A stretch of 63,684 bases of DNA, counting the filler, from Octopus bimaculoides (taxonomy: Eukaryota), in the NCBI RefSeq assembly GCF_001194135.2. It is 3 parts of 2 records of this genome, joined end to end, with 100 filler letters (N's around TTAATTAATTAA, not from the genome) between each part and the next. Parts side by side here need not be neighbours in the genome. Positions count along the whole stretch, not along the records: positions 40,523 to 63,684 come from NC_068982.1; 2 more parts are not named here. The stretch is one strand, 5' to 3'. The position numbers were made by a program, and so were the translations under genes. The notes under the pieces are model-generated. The model was not told where the DNA came from and made no database searches. It saw only the letters and a program-made list of their open reading frames with translations. Positions 52,546-63,684 of this stretch are shown one piece after another. Position 1 is the first letter of the stretch. Every line of letters begins with the position of its first letter.

Positions 52546-53769
52546 ATGCTCGTAATAGGGACAGTAACAAAATGAAATTAGAGAAAGAATGAGTGAATGG
52601 ATCCACCATTTTCTCTTACCACAATTTATCCTACTTATTTCTTCCTCCCCCTCTGCTATCTCCCAAACTCGACGATTGCTTTCGTTTCTTGATTTTCGTG
52701 CCCTTTATAAATATATCCCATGCAATCTCTATTTCTTCTATCTTTCTTGGCATTCGCTGTCGTACAGCACTTTTCCATAATGATAAAATTTCAGTTATGC
52801 AAACGTAACTTCTCTTCATTTTTCCAAAGGTAGGCTATAAACAAGAAGACAAGAGAGTAGAGCTACAAGTGGGTCATTCAATGTTATAGGCACTGCACAT
52901 TTGGTAGTTATAGTACTGGAAAAGTATGCTAGGGAAAGTGAAGATAAATACAGAAACGTAAGGATGAGCATCAAAACACGAAAAGGATGGAAAATATAAA
53001 GAATAAATTCCATATGAAAAATATTGTATTTGGATTTGGGCCGACAACCGAGAAAAATCTGAGGCATGAAAGTAAAGACACTTGGAAGAATACCAAAACA
53101 ACTGTTCAAGGGACAGAGAGTCTTCTTATTGGTTTGTTCAGGAGGAAGATGTTGCATTTACGGCCTTTGCAAAACCTTTGAGATCTGTGGGGTTGGCATA
53201 AATCATATTCTACCAGGAAAAGCTGTTAGTTGACCACTATTGGAAAATATGGGCAGATGGAATTCTTTAGAATAAAAGAAAGAAAGATCTTGTAAAATCG
53301 GTTGATATCCTTTTGAAACCAACTGATTTTTGTAGTACACTTGGATAGATATCATTTTTTGAAAGAAGTAAAACAAATGAGTCTGGCTACAATTTATAGT
53401 GCACCTAATTTCTTCTTAATAGAAATTAAGCAGTCTTTTACCACATTTAGGTTATAACTTGAGATTCTTATAATTGAGGACTTTAGTCCCCCAGAAAATG
53501 ACTTGCTCAAAGGTTTTAACTCTAGTAATTTTCAAGCTGTCTTTTTGAACTTCACTCTTTAACAAGATTTACACCAATTAGTATCCTGAAATATTCACGA
53601 ATGTGAAAATCTAATGGATTTTGTTTTCACGACCACCCTATTTCAATTAGCAACAATAACTCAAACTATCTTTTTGCTGGGAACGTCTGGCTTCTTTTGT
53701 CTAACTCTTTCAACTAATGGCTACAATTACAATCAATCTGATGACAATTGTTTCTGATTTAGGTACAAG

Positions 53770-53960
53770 TTTAACAATTTTGACGGTTGGGGTTAATCAG
53801 TACCGACAACAGAGTACTTGTTTGGCACTTTATCGATCCCTGCGGAATAAAAGACTAAGTTGATCTCAGTGGAATTTGAAATCAACATAAAAACATAAAA
53901 GAAATACCGAAAAACATTTCCTCCGACGCTTTAATGTATCACCAATTCTACCACCTTAGT
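53770..53960 (-). mobile_element. Meta/MESC-like SINE, strongly diverged
   Basis: ttatcgatccc..aagttgatctcagtggaatttgaa..gaaataccg. Confidence 0.55.
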
Positions 53961-54974
53961 AATCAATAAGATTTAAATACTCTATTACGATGTAAACATA
54001 TACATTTTTAGGTTAAACTCCATGCCCAGAAAATGTAAACACGTTTTTATAACAACTTGATAATAATACTACTTCATGTAATTTATTTCCGTAAAGATGA
54101 TTTTCATAGATTGTTATTTGCGTGGTATGGACTGGAATATCTAATTTCATGATTCAGAATCTGTAAATGAATATTTTGAATTGTTCTATTATGTGTTCAT
54201 ATTATTTACAGATAAGTATATCAAGTTATAGGCTTCAGAATTCTCAAAAAACCATGGTTATCATAAATCGGCATTTTATAAATAACACAGATAATCTTGG
54301 GAAAAATTTTAAAATTGAATTCATCTGCCTATAGCAAGAAATTAAGTTCAATGATAAGATGAATATTTTTGGAAAAATAAATTTTTATTCTAAAATCTAA
54401 AGACAATAAGAATTTTTTCGACAATGTAAATAAGAAACTTAAATATAGCGTTTATCTCATCCATTATACGTATGTGAATAGATCTGTGATAATGATAAAA
54501 AGCAAATGCCTTTAACCAGTATTCTCGAGTAAATGTTTGCAATACCAACATCCCTTACAATATTTGAGAACAAAATACTGCATGACTGAATGACATATTC
54601 ATTGATGATACTGTAATATTTCGTTTTGCGAAAATTCAAAAATGAAACGTGCCACTGAACCAGATAGTTTTTTTAAATCTAGATTTTGTACATAATAAGA
54701 CATTAAGAATATTATTTTGAAAATATCTGTCTGAACAGTGGAAGATTACCTGGTTCCTGTTTATATGAAATTGTTTTCCCTCGGACGTTAAAAATGACCG
54801 ACCTTTATTGTTTAACATGTGATATCTATTATACTGTGTAACGAAGTCAGTAAGTATTATTTCTTATTTACTTCTATCTAGAAATCAAAAGAAATGATGC
54901 CTATTCTCTTCAAACTTTGCTTTTGTGACCTGGATATCAATGTTTTGAAACTGATCTCTTTTCCATTACGTTTC

Positions 54975-55185
54975 AGGCAGATTCAACTCTGAGTTGTTGG
55001 AGCAGATATAGCGTTGTAGTAAATATTCTGCTCAATACCACAGATTTACTTGTAAGTTGCTTGACTATAGCCACTTGAGCGTGTCATTTAGTGGCTGACA
55101 ATATGTGCATCTCTGATCATGAACATGAATTGTTGGAGAGCATCGTAGCCATGTATTGAGAGAGATTCTATAGGGTTTGAATAAA
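54975..55185 (+). mobile_element. Recurrent SINE-like repeat (third family)
   Basis: ttagtggctgacaatatgtgcatctctgatcatga..agccatgtattgagagagattc matches 28235-28430 reversed. Confidence 0.65.
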
Positions 55186-55653
55186 TGTAACAAATGTAAG
55201 GTTTGAAGGGAATATTAACCATTTTTCATACTTTCTAGAGGTAAGCAAATAGGAAATAACAGTTGCTACCCAAAGATTAAAATCTCTGTTACACTGTTAA
55301 TTGTGTGAATATATTTTGTATGAAACATAATGCTGCATTTGGTACAGAACAGTTTAAGTAATTTACAACAATGACTTAGTAAGACACGGTCTGGTATTAC
55401 AAATATAATTGAAAGCTACAACGCTATAACTTCAGTTTCGTTTGTCATGTCATGTGCCTAGTTCTCTAAAATGTGTTTGATAGTATCTTGCTTGAGAAGG
55501 TTCGATCAACATTTGGTATTTTTGAAAAAGTATTGTGAATTTTCATTGCTCCTGTAGCGTATTCAAGAGACTCTGAATTTATTATTCAGAACGAAGCATA
55601 TTTCTAATATTGTTAATATCAAAAATATATAAATGCTATTGAATAATCTTAAA

Positions 55654-56020
55654 GGCGTAGCTGTGTGGTAAGAAGCTTGCTTCCCAATCCCATGTTTCCG
55701 GGCTCAGGCCCACTTCGTGACACCTTGTGTAAGTGTCTTCTACTATAGCCTCGGGCCGACCAAGGCCTTGTGAGTGGATTTGGTAGATGGAAGCTGATGC
55801 GTATATATTTATGTGTGTCTTTGTGTCTGTGTTTGTCCCCTCACCATCACTTGACAATCGATGTTGGTGTGTTCATGTCCCCGTAAATTAGCAGTTCAGC
55901 AAAGGAGACCGATAGAATGAGTACTGGGGTCGATTTCTTCGACCAAAGGCAGTGATCCAGGATAGCCACAGTCAACTGACTGAAACGTATAAAAGAGTAA
56001 AAAAAGAGTAAAAGAGTAAA
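55654..56020 (+). mobile_element. CORE-like SINE, full length
   Basis: tRNA-like head, CORE-like block, internal microsatellite, tail ending in (aaagagt)n. Confidence 0.9.
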
Positions 56021-56294
56021 TATATATAAAGAACATTACTCTCTCACATAGTACAAAAACATTCCTTGCATTATGGAGACTAATCTGTATACAAAAGATA
56101 AAATACAAGTAAAAACAAATCACTGCACGTGGCCAAGTTACTTGGAGGTTCACGTGAGAATGCAATGAAAGAACGAAATAATAGTAAAACTACGGAAATA
56201 ATAAAAAGAAAGCAAATCTATTATGCAATACTTGGACATCAGAAAAATAAAATATATTACCGAGTGAGAAATACGATTATCTTCTCTGAAAACA

Positions 56295-56449
56295 ATATGG
56301 CTGTGTGATAAGAAGCTTGCTTCCAAACTACATGGTTCCGGGTTCAGTTTCACTGCATGGCACCTTGGCCAAATGTCTTCTACTATAGTCTCGGGCCAAC
56401 CAAAACCTTGTGAGTGGATTTGATAGACGGAAAATTAAAGAAGCCTGTA

Positions 56450-56499
<50 letters not shown>

Positions 56500-56755
56500 T
56501 ATGTGTGTATGTGTGCGTGTATCTATATGTGTATGTCTTTGTATCTGTGTTTGTCCCCCATTACAGCTTGGCAACCGGTGTTGGTGTGTTTACGACCTCG
56601 TAACCTAGCAGTTCGGCAAAAGTTACTGATAGAATAAGTACTAGGCATAAAAGAATAAGTCCTGGGGGACCATTTGTTCGACTAAAACCCTTCAAGGCAG
56701 TGTTCCAGCATCGCCGCAGTCAAATGACTAGAAACAAGTAAAAGAATAATAGAGT
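56295..56755 (+). mobile_element. CORE-like SINE, full length, expanded internal (TA)n
   Basis: Same architecture as 55654-56020. Confidence 0.9.
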
Positions 56756-57889
56756 ATGTCCACACAAAGACACACGTACGCACATACAAGAAATTATGAT
56801 AGACACAACTGTATTTCATTTGCTCCTACGTACGTTTCACCATTGCAATCGTGTGGAGTTGTGCATTGGATGTTCCAAGTGCAGGTGGATGCTGGATGCT
56901 TAACCATGAGTCATCAGGGGAACACTACGTTTATCATGATTTTTTCCTATATTTTTTGTGTATGATATAAACAGTAATGCTACTAAATACTGTAGTAGCC
57001 AAACTAATGTACTAGAAGTAGACTGGATGATGATAATCTACGTCGAGCTCTAAATGTTTATAGTAGCAGTCTGTTGTATCTGAATAACTCCATCAATTTT
57101 TCAGATATAAGAAGTTCATTATGAAAATATCAAAAGATTGGCGGATGTAAAAATAATTAGTCGTAAGAAGAGTGAAAATGTGAACCCTGATTCAATAATA
57201 CAAAAGACTGTCATTATCCTTATAAGGCGTGTTAACTCTGCAAATGCTACCTACACATGCTGTATTATCATCATAAACACTACCCATGTATGGCCTAAAG
57301 CATTTTAGGTGACATTTTCGCAAGATCTGGTACTTTCTTGAGTGAAGAATTGAACTATAGTACTGAGTTAAATTTGATCTGCCTGAAAAGTCAACTGTGA
57401 TAGGTTTGTATCCTATCAAGAAGGAGTTTTGTTTCCTACCCGTTTAATGCTAAAGAAAGCAAAAATAAACACTCAATTAGTAGATATTGGAAATCTATGG
57501 AAAGAAACAAATATTTACTTTTGTAGAAGTTATCCACTACACACCAACATGCATTAAATACTTGTACAATAATTTCTCTCTCAAAGAGCTTTGGAATTGT
57601 CTGCTTATGGTTTTCTGACATGCTATACCACCCATTAAATAAACTAAACAGTGCACGAATCAATCAACCAAGATATTACTAATACTTTGTTGCTTCCATT
57701 TAAAAGAAATTTCTCATGAAATCTACTAGCTTGATTCATTGCTTCATGTTTATTTCCAGAACATATCCGCCAGAAATTTTCCTTTTAGCAACCTCTTTCA
57801 GTCAATGTATTCGGACGCCAGAAAAATTAATAGTGAATCAAAAATAATATTTCGCATTTGTATAGAAGTGAGTTGATATGAATTTTATA

Positions 57890-58100
57890 CGCAGCTCTAT
57901 TTTATGTCTAAGCGAGTCAACGAGGAACCCTCTATGCGGTCACTCGACTTGCTAGAAATAGCAAGCAAGTTTTCAAATCACACCTTAATGCAAACACATT
58001 AAACATGTTATCCTAGGTAAATACAAAAAACGGGAAGGTCATGGAAGACACTCTTTTGATCATAGGTCTCCTTAACCAGAGTTGGCCAGGGTTTAAACAA
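57890..58100 (+). mobile_element. Recurrent repeat (gctagaaatagca family)
   Basis: ggtcactcgacttgctagaaatagcaagc..caaatcacacc..gatcataggtct..taaacaac. Confidence 0.65.
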
Positions 58101-59740
58101 CGATGTATGTATTTAAGTGTAAAATAAAATTTATTTTATTGTAAACTATAAATCATTTGAATTCTCCGAGAGATATGAAAGCGCTTTATTGATTATGGTA
58201 TGACACTTGAATGGCTCTCACATTTGAACTCGGTCTTTCAATTCCTAGCAGATGCGTACTGCTCATTAGTGGAATATGTTATCCTTCATATCTGTTAGGA
58301 TTATAACCTCTTTTTGAAAACAAAACAAGCTAATTAACGAAAATTCTTATAAGGTAAATTAATTTATTGATAGATAAATGTTAACAAAGTAACAATTAGG
58401 AAACAAATTTTCAAATGTTCAAAACAGCAACTAATATGTTTTATCATCTTTGTTCTTTGAACCTTCAAAAGACTTAACTTTTCCCTAATATTTGATAATA
58501 TACATATAAAATATAATTTATAAAATATTTGTTTTAAATTTCATGAAATAATGACTATACCTTTACTTTGAACTTGCTGATATGAAAATCAATTAAATTT
58601 CCTCGAAGGGGTGTTTCTAATACGAGTATACCTTAACGGATTATAAAAGAACTTAATATCATTTCAATTTATTTTATAATTATTTGCACTATGTTTATTG
58701 TTTTGCTATTTTATTCTTCTAGTATCTATTTGACTATCTAATGGCGTGCTTTCGTAAACATGCGTATCTCACCGGAGGTTTATCGCAAATATTTATTCGA
58801 TGATATTTATACAATTGGAAAACTTGCTCAAAAATCAATAGATAACAAATTATCTTTTTAAATAGATTAAGCTGATTTTAACTGCAATTTTAGGAAAACC
58901 CCCAGAAGTAATTGTTACTTCAAAAACTTGATATAAACTGATATGAAGACACTTATTTTGATAAAGTAATCACAAAGGTTTCATATAAAAAAAACTGAGA
59001 TAGTATTACGGCAAGAATCTTCAATTATTTCAGTGTTGTTTAGTCCTATTCAAGTAGATGTATGATCAAAAGCGTTGTAACCGTGTATTTTCAAACATAT
59101 TCTACATTTTCAGTATGTCCAATTTTTTAGTCAGTAGGCTGCAATTTAAAAGGAACTTGATTTCTATTTCTAGCAGGTCGAACGACCAGGCACAAGTTCT
59201 AATATTTCGTCTTGATAGACAACGAAAAAAATGTTCTGGAGAAGAATCTTTTTGAAACTAAAACCTTAATGATTTGTCAATTTGAATCATAAGTTAATAG
59301 AATGCATATTAATTGGTTTCCAAGATAAAATTTGATGCCTTTATAATATTTCGTTTATATCAGTTTCAAGGCAATGAAACTGGCACATGAATTTTTCTTT
59401 TTTAACAATATCTTGGAGTATTCTTGTAGAGATACATTAGATGCTCAAAAGTGAAAGTAGTCCGAATCTCATTTAACCGATCGTATTTACTGTATCAGTA
59501 AATATTCCAGTTGGGCTGCAAATCTGATGATGTCTGTAGGTCTCCCCATGAAGAACCACTATTTGTGTTCTGGTCGTAGCAGAAATATTAAGGCTAAGCA
59601 TATCTAGATCTTCCAAAGAAAATTTACGCTAATTTGAAAACAAGGCAAACATACTGAAATGTAATATTCATATATATTCGTAACATTCAGTGCGGGCTCT
59701 AAATTCTATATAAAATCTATGGAGATAAATTACACACACA

Positions 59741-59825
<85 letters not shown>

Positions 59826-60224
59826 TGTACAAATGCATGCATGCAAAGATTTCATTTAATCTCATAAGATTTCATTGAAACAGAAATCTTATCATTATTT
59901 GTATTTGCATTTAATGAGGGTCTATGCCTTTCACCTGCCCTTTCTTCATTTGGAATTAAACTGTGAAAACGGGATTGCTCTGACTTGGAAAATGTATTCC
60001 TACAATAATTACTAAAAACAAGTAACACCTAAAAAGAATTGATAATTATATAATATTTATTTTTCAGAGTTCAAACCAAATGCATCAATTGGAAAGATTG
60101 TAGAGAGAGAGAATATTACTTGACCCAAATAAAATTTTTCATGTATACCTGTGGTATATTCACTGTTTAATGCATGTTCTATTGCAACTTAAACATTTTT
60201 TGCTAAACATACATAAAAAAAGTT

Positions 60225-61105
60225 CTGTAGTATGCCAACAGATGGCAGCACACAGCTTTGTGTGCAGTGAAAGCTAGTAATGACCTTCAGGAGGTAGTTT
60301 GCTGAGTGACATCGATCTGTTTACTTTGCAAGTTCTGAAATTTGTGTTTTTGTGATTACGTGTATGCTGTAGTCTGCGTTTTTTTTTTATGGACAGGAAG
60401 TTGGAGCAAAGAGACAGTGTGAAATTTTATGTAAAACTCGGGACGTCTGTTACAGAGACATTGAGCATGCTTCGGCAAGCTTACGGCGACGAGGCAATGG
60501 GTCGTATGCAGCGTTTCAAGTGGAACGGGCGCTTCAAAAGCGGAAGAACGTCCCTGGAAGACGATGAGCAATCTGGAAGATCTGCCACGAGAGTCATCCC
60601 GAAAATATGGAGAAAATTCATCAGCTTGTGCATTAGGATCGTTGAAGGACTACTAACGACATTGCTGATGTTGTTAGTCTGTGGTACGGGTCCGTGCGGG
60701 TAATCTTAACGTCCGGATTCTTCACAACTACAATGCAACTTGTTACCGAGCTCTCCTCACTCGTGAATTTCTCGTCAAAACCAGCCTGGCATCACTTCCG
60801 CACCCACCCTATTCGTCAGATTTAGCACCTGCAGACTTCCATCTCTTCCCTAAGATGAAAATGTAGCGCAAAAGGTCGCTGTTTTAACACCGTTGTCGAG
60901 TCCAAGAGCGAATCACAGAAGGTACTCGACTCGCTTACAGAAAACGATTTCCAGGTTCTATTCCAAAAGTGGAAGGAATGCTGGGACCAGTGTATTGCTG
61001 CACAAGTTGGCTATTTCGAAAAGGAGATGATGTTAAAACTTATGTATATAAGTTATTTTTTTTTATTAAACATAACTAGTTCGAGACCTCTTTGATATCA
61101 CCTCG
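60225..61105 (+). mobile_element. Internally deleted mariner remnant
   Basis: MDRKLEQRDSVKFYVKLG..AYGDEA..FKSGRTSLEDDEQSGR from 60389; HPPYSSDLAPADFHLFPKMK; 3' TIR ..ctctttgatatcacctcg + TA. 5' TIR not found. Confidence 0.88.
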
Positions 61106-61639
61106 TAAATGCACCAGTATTAGCTAAATTTATATTGGGAAATATGCTTTAGAGTGAATATGAATTGCACATATGCACATGCGTCTGCTACAGACATACA
61201 CACATATACACATATGCAGCACCCATGTTCATACACACATATCTCACAGAGTGGGAGAGAGAGAGAAAAGGAAAAAGACAAGAGATAGAAAGATATTAAT
61301 ATTAATATTAGTATTTAAATATAGTTTATTATTCACATTGCTTGTTAATAAAGATTACAGACGCTATTAAAGAGAAACAATAATTCACATATTTTTCGTG
61401 ATAGGTGAAAATTGATATAAAATTGAAGATAAGTTGTTTGCACTTATAAGTTTCCTTTCATGTATCTCCAAATATAGGCTGTTTCTGTCATGTGAGCATA
61501 ACCTCGTTCATTTATATGGTATAATGCACTTTTTATCAAAGATTCTGACCAATGGTTTCAAGTTGATTTTATTTGATTGTAATGAGTATAATAACAGTTT
61601 AGAGTGCTGAAAAACTGCGAAAGCAATCACACAGACAGA

Positions 61640-61708
<69 letters not shown>

Positions 61709-61799
61709 CACACACACACACGCGCGCAAGAGTAAGCACATAAATGCAAAACAAGGTGGTAAAACACAGTACTCAAATATGAAGGGAGAGTAATATGCA

Positions 61800-61935
61800 T
61801 TTTTATTAAAACTGCAAAAAACATAACAAAACACTGTTATTCAGTTTCGCGTTTCCATCTCAACTGGAAACGCGAACGGAAACGTGAAACTCTGAGTAAC
61901 AGTTTTTTGTGATGTTTTTTGCAGCTTTAATAAAA
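61800..61935. repeat. ~136-bp palindromic MITE-like element
   Basis: tttttattaaaactgcaaaaaacataacaaaacactgttattcag..tttcc mirrored by ggaaa..ctgagtaacagttttttgtgatgttttttgcagctttaataaaa. Confidence 0.8.
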
Positions 61936-61954
61936 AAGTATATATATATATATT

Positions 61955-62191
61955 CTTTTTATTCGTTTTATTCTTTTATTCTTTCACTTGTTTCAGTCAT
62001 TTGACTGCGGCCATGCTGGAGCACCGCATTTAGTCGAGCAAATCGACCTCAGAACTTATTCTTTGTAAGCCTAGTACTTATTCTATTGGTCTCTTTTTTC
62101 GAACCGGTAAGTTACGGGGAAGTAAACACACTACCATCGGTTGTCAAGCGATGTTGGTGGGACAAATACAGACACACAGACATATACACAC

Positions 62192-62232
<41 letters not shown>
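61955..62232 (-). mobile_element. CORE-like SINE 3' half; internal microsatellite runs into an N gap
   Basis: cttgtttcagtcatttgactgcggccatgctggagcaccgc..ttctttgtaagcctagtacttattctat. Confidence 0.9.
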
Positions 62233-62252
<20 letters not shown>

Positions 62253-63017
62253 NNNNNNNNNNNNNNNNNNNNNNNNNNNNNNNNNNNNNNNNNNNNNNNN
62301 NNNNNNNNNNNNNNNNNNNNNNNNNNNNNNNNNNNNNNNNNNNNNNNNNNNNNNNNNNNNNNNNNNNNNNNNNNNNNNNNNNNNNNNNNNNNNNNNNNNN
62401 NNNNNNNNNNNNNNNNNNNNNNNNNNNNNNNNNNNNNNNNNNNNNNNTATATACACATACATATATATACATAGTGAGAATTTACAAAAAAACAAAAACA
62501 AAAGACGAAGACGAGTGTGTAAACAACAAACAGATGTATTAGTTTAACACTCGGGAAATGAGAAAGTCTTTTACGTTTCGAGCCTAAGCACTTCGACAGA
62601 AAGGAACACAGAAATAAATACTCTTGTTATCTTAAATGACCTTTTCCTTCTTTACTACCTGTTAGATTGTTAGATCCTTCTGTTTCTTTCCCGTTTAATC
62701 CTTTCCAATGCTGTTTGAGTTAACACGCAAAATATTTTTATCGTAGTGTTTTATAGCCTGTTTGTAGCTCTATTATTCATGGAGAACTTTTGTCTGTCGT
62801 TTTTGAAAGTTGAATAAATTTTACCTCTCTTTGTAGACGTATGACGATGGCGTGCCAAGTGGAAAATACAAAGGAACTTATGCGACAACTTAATACATTA
62901 TTCCTTAGTTTCTCTATACGACAATTTCCTAACACTTTCTATGCAAGAAGAGTACTTTTGGGGTATGAACTAATTTGGCATAATCTTCGAAAAGAACAAG
63001 GATTATAGCCTTTTCAG

Positions 63018-63057
63018 GCTATGTCAGACAAGCAAATTCCATGCATTTGGTCATTAT
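63018..63057 (+). CDS. Candidate 40-nt exon, frame undetermined
   Basis: Acceptor ccttttcag|G and perfect donor T|gtaagt; all three frames are open. Confidence 0.25.
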
Positions 63058-63684
63058 GTAAGTTGTGAAAACGTGAAGATGGAGAGAGTTCCAGAAAATT
63101 GTGGTTGTGTTGTAAATATTTTGGTGAAATGTTTTGTAAGAGTTTAATCACGATAGAATTACATTTACCATATAATGCTGCTAGCTTTCTCCCAACTTTG
63201 TATTGTAATTATCATGGAAATAAAAGAATTCATGATGCTGCAACAAATGATGGTATTGATAATTTTATCCACATCTTTATAACATTTCAGAACGTCAGTT
63301 TGATAGAAATCTGTGTTTTTGTTTGTTGAGTATAAAGATATACGAATCTATGGTTTCAATAAGATTTAAAAACGTTATTCGGATAAGAATTAAATGCAGA
63401 AATTATTGCCGTGTTATTTGAAACTTTTAGTAACAGAATCATCCAGTTATTCAATACTACTCTTAATGATGCAAACTATGCTATTACTGTAATAGAACAA
63501 GAGCAACAACAACAGTATTACCAAGAGTAATGATGATGAAAATTATATATATATATATATATAAAGCATCACGGATTTTAAACGTTATTGCAGTACGCAC
63601 GTTTCATGCTCCTCCATTTATTTAAGTAATGCTAGCATTACATTAAAATGCAAAATGCAGAGCAATATACATATATATATATAT

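Noticed and set aside
52590-52830. Minus ORF MKRSYVCITEIL.. as a possible exon
   Set aside because: Alternative frames give LYDSEC and RNE..RR traces of an RTE 3' region, so a decayed LINE is more likely; neither reading is firm.
53442-53585. 144-nt minus segment with good acceptor and donor
   Set aside because: Stops in all three frames; at most a UTR exon, unsupported.
56800-56965. GPCR-TM4/TM5-like peptide (AIVWSCALDVP..GGCWML..YVYHDFFLYF)
   Set aside because: Superficial resemblance only; no splice boundaries or neighbouring helices found.

Overview
Eukaryotic, repeat-saturated, AT-rich scaffold segment with many N gaps. It is most likely coleoid cephalopod (Octopus-like), an inference from the SINE families and the extreme microsatellite load. 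I recognise no host protein-coding gene; nearly all ORF-track entries are translations of microsatellites or N runs. Supported content: (i) about 30 copies of a few tRNA-headed SINE families (a CORE-like family with an internal microsatellite, a Meta/MESC-like family that also occurs as a TSD-flanked dimer, and two further recurrent repeats); (ii) decayed retrotransposons: three Penelope-like fragments with GIY-YIG, one of them also with RT, an RTE RT fragment and a CRE-like restriction-endonuclease 3' end; (iii) four mariner remnants, one full-length with TIRs and TA duplication, and two hAT/Charlie-type MITEs with 8-bp TSDs; (iv) several palindromic or fold-back elements; (v) a few short exon-like segments with good splice signals. 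The most interesting structure is at 20335-20790: two tandem Penelope-type hammerhead ribozyme motifs exactly 300 nt apart, bracketing an ~85-bp inverted repeat whose loop is an antisense tRNA-like Pol III promoter. This is a candidate retrozyme-like or Penelope-dependent SINE unit, although the right hammerhead in this copy is decayed.
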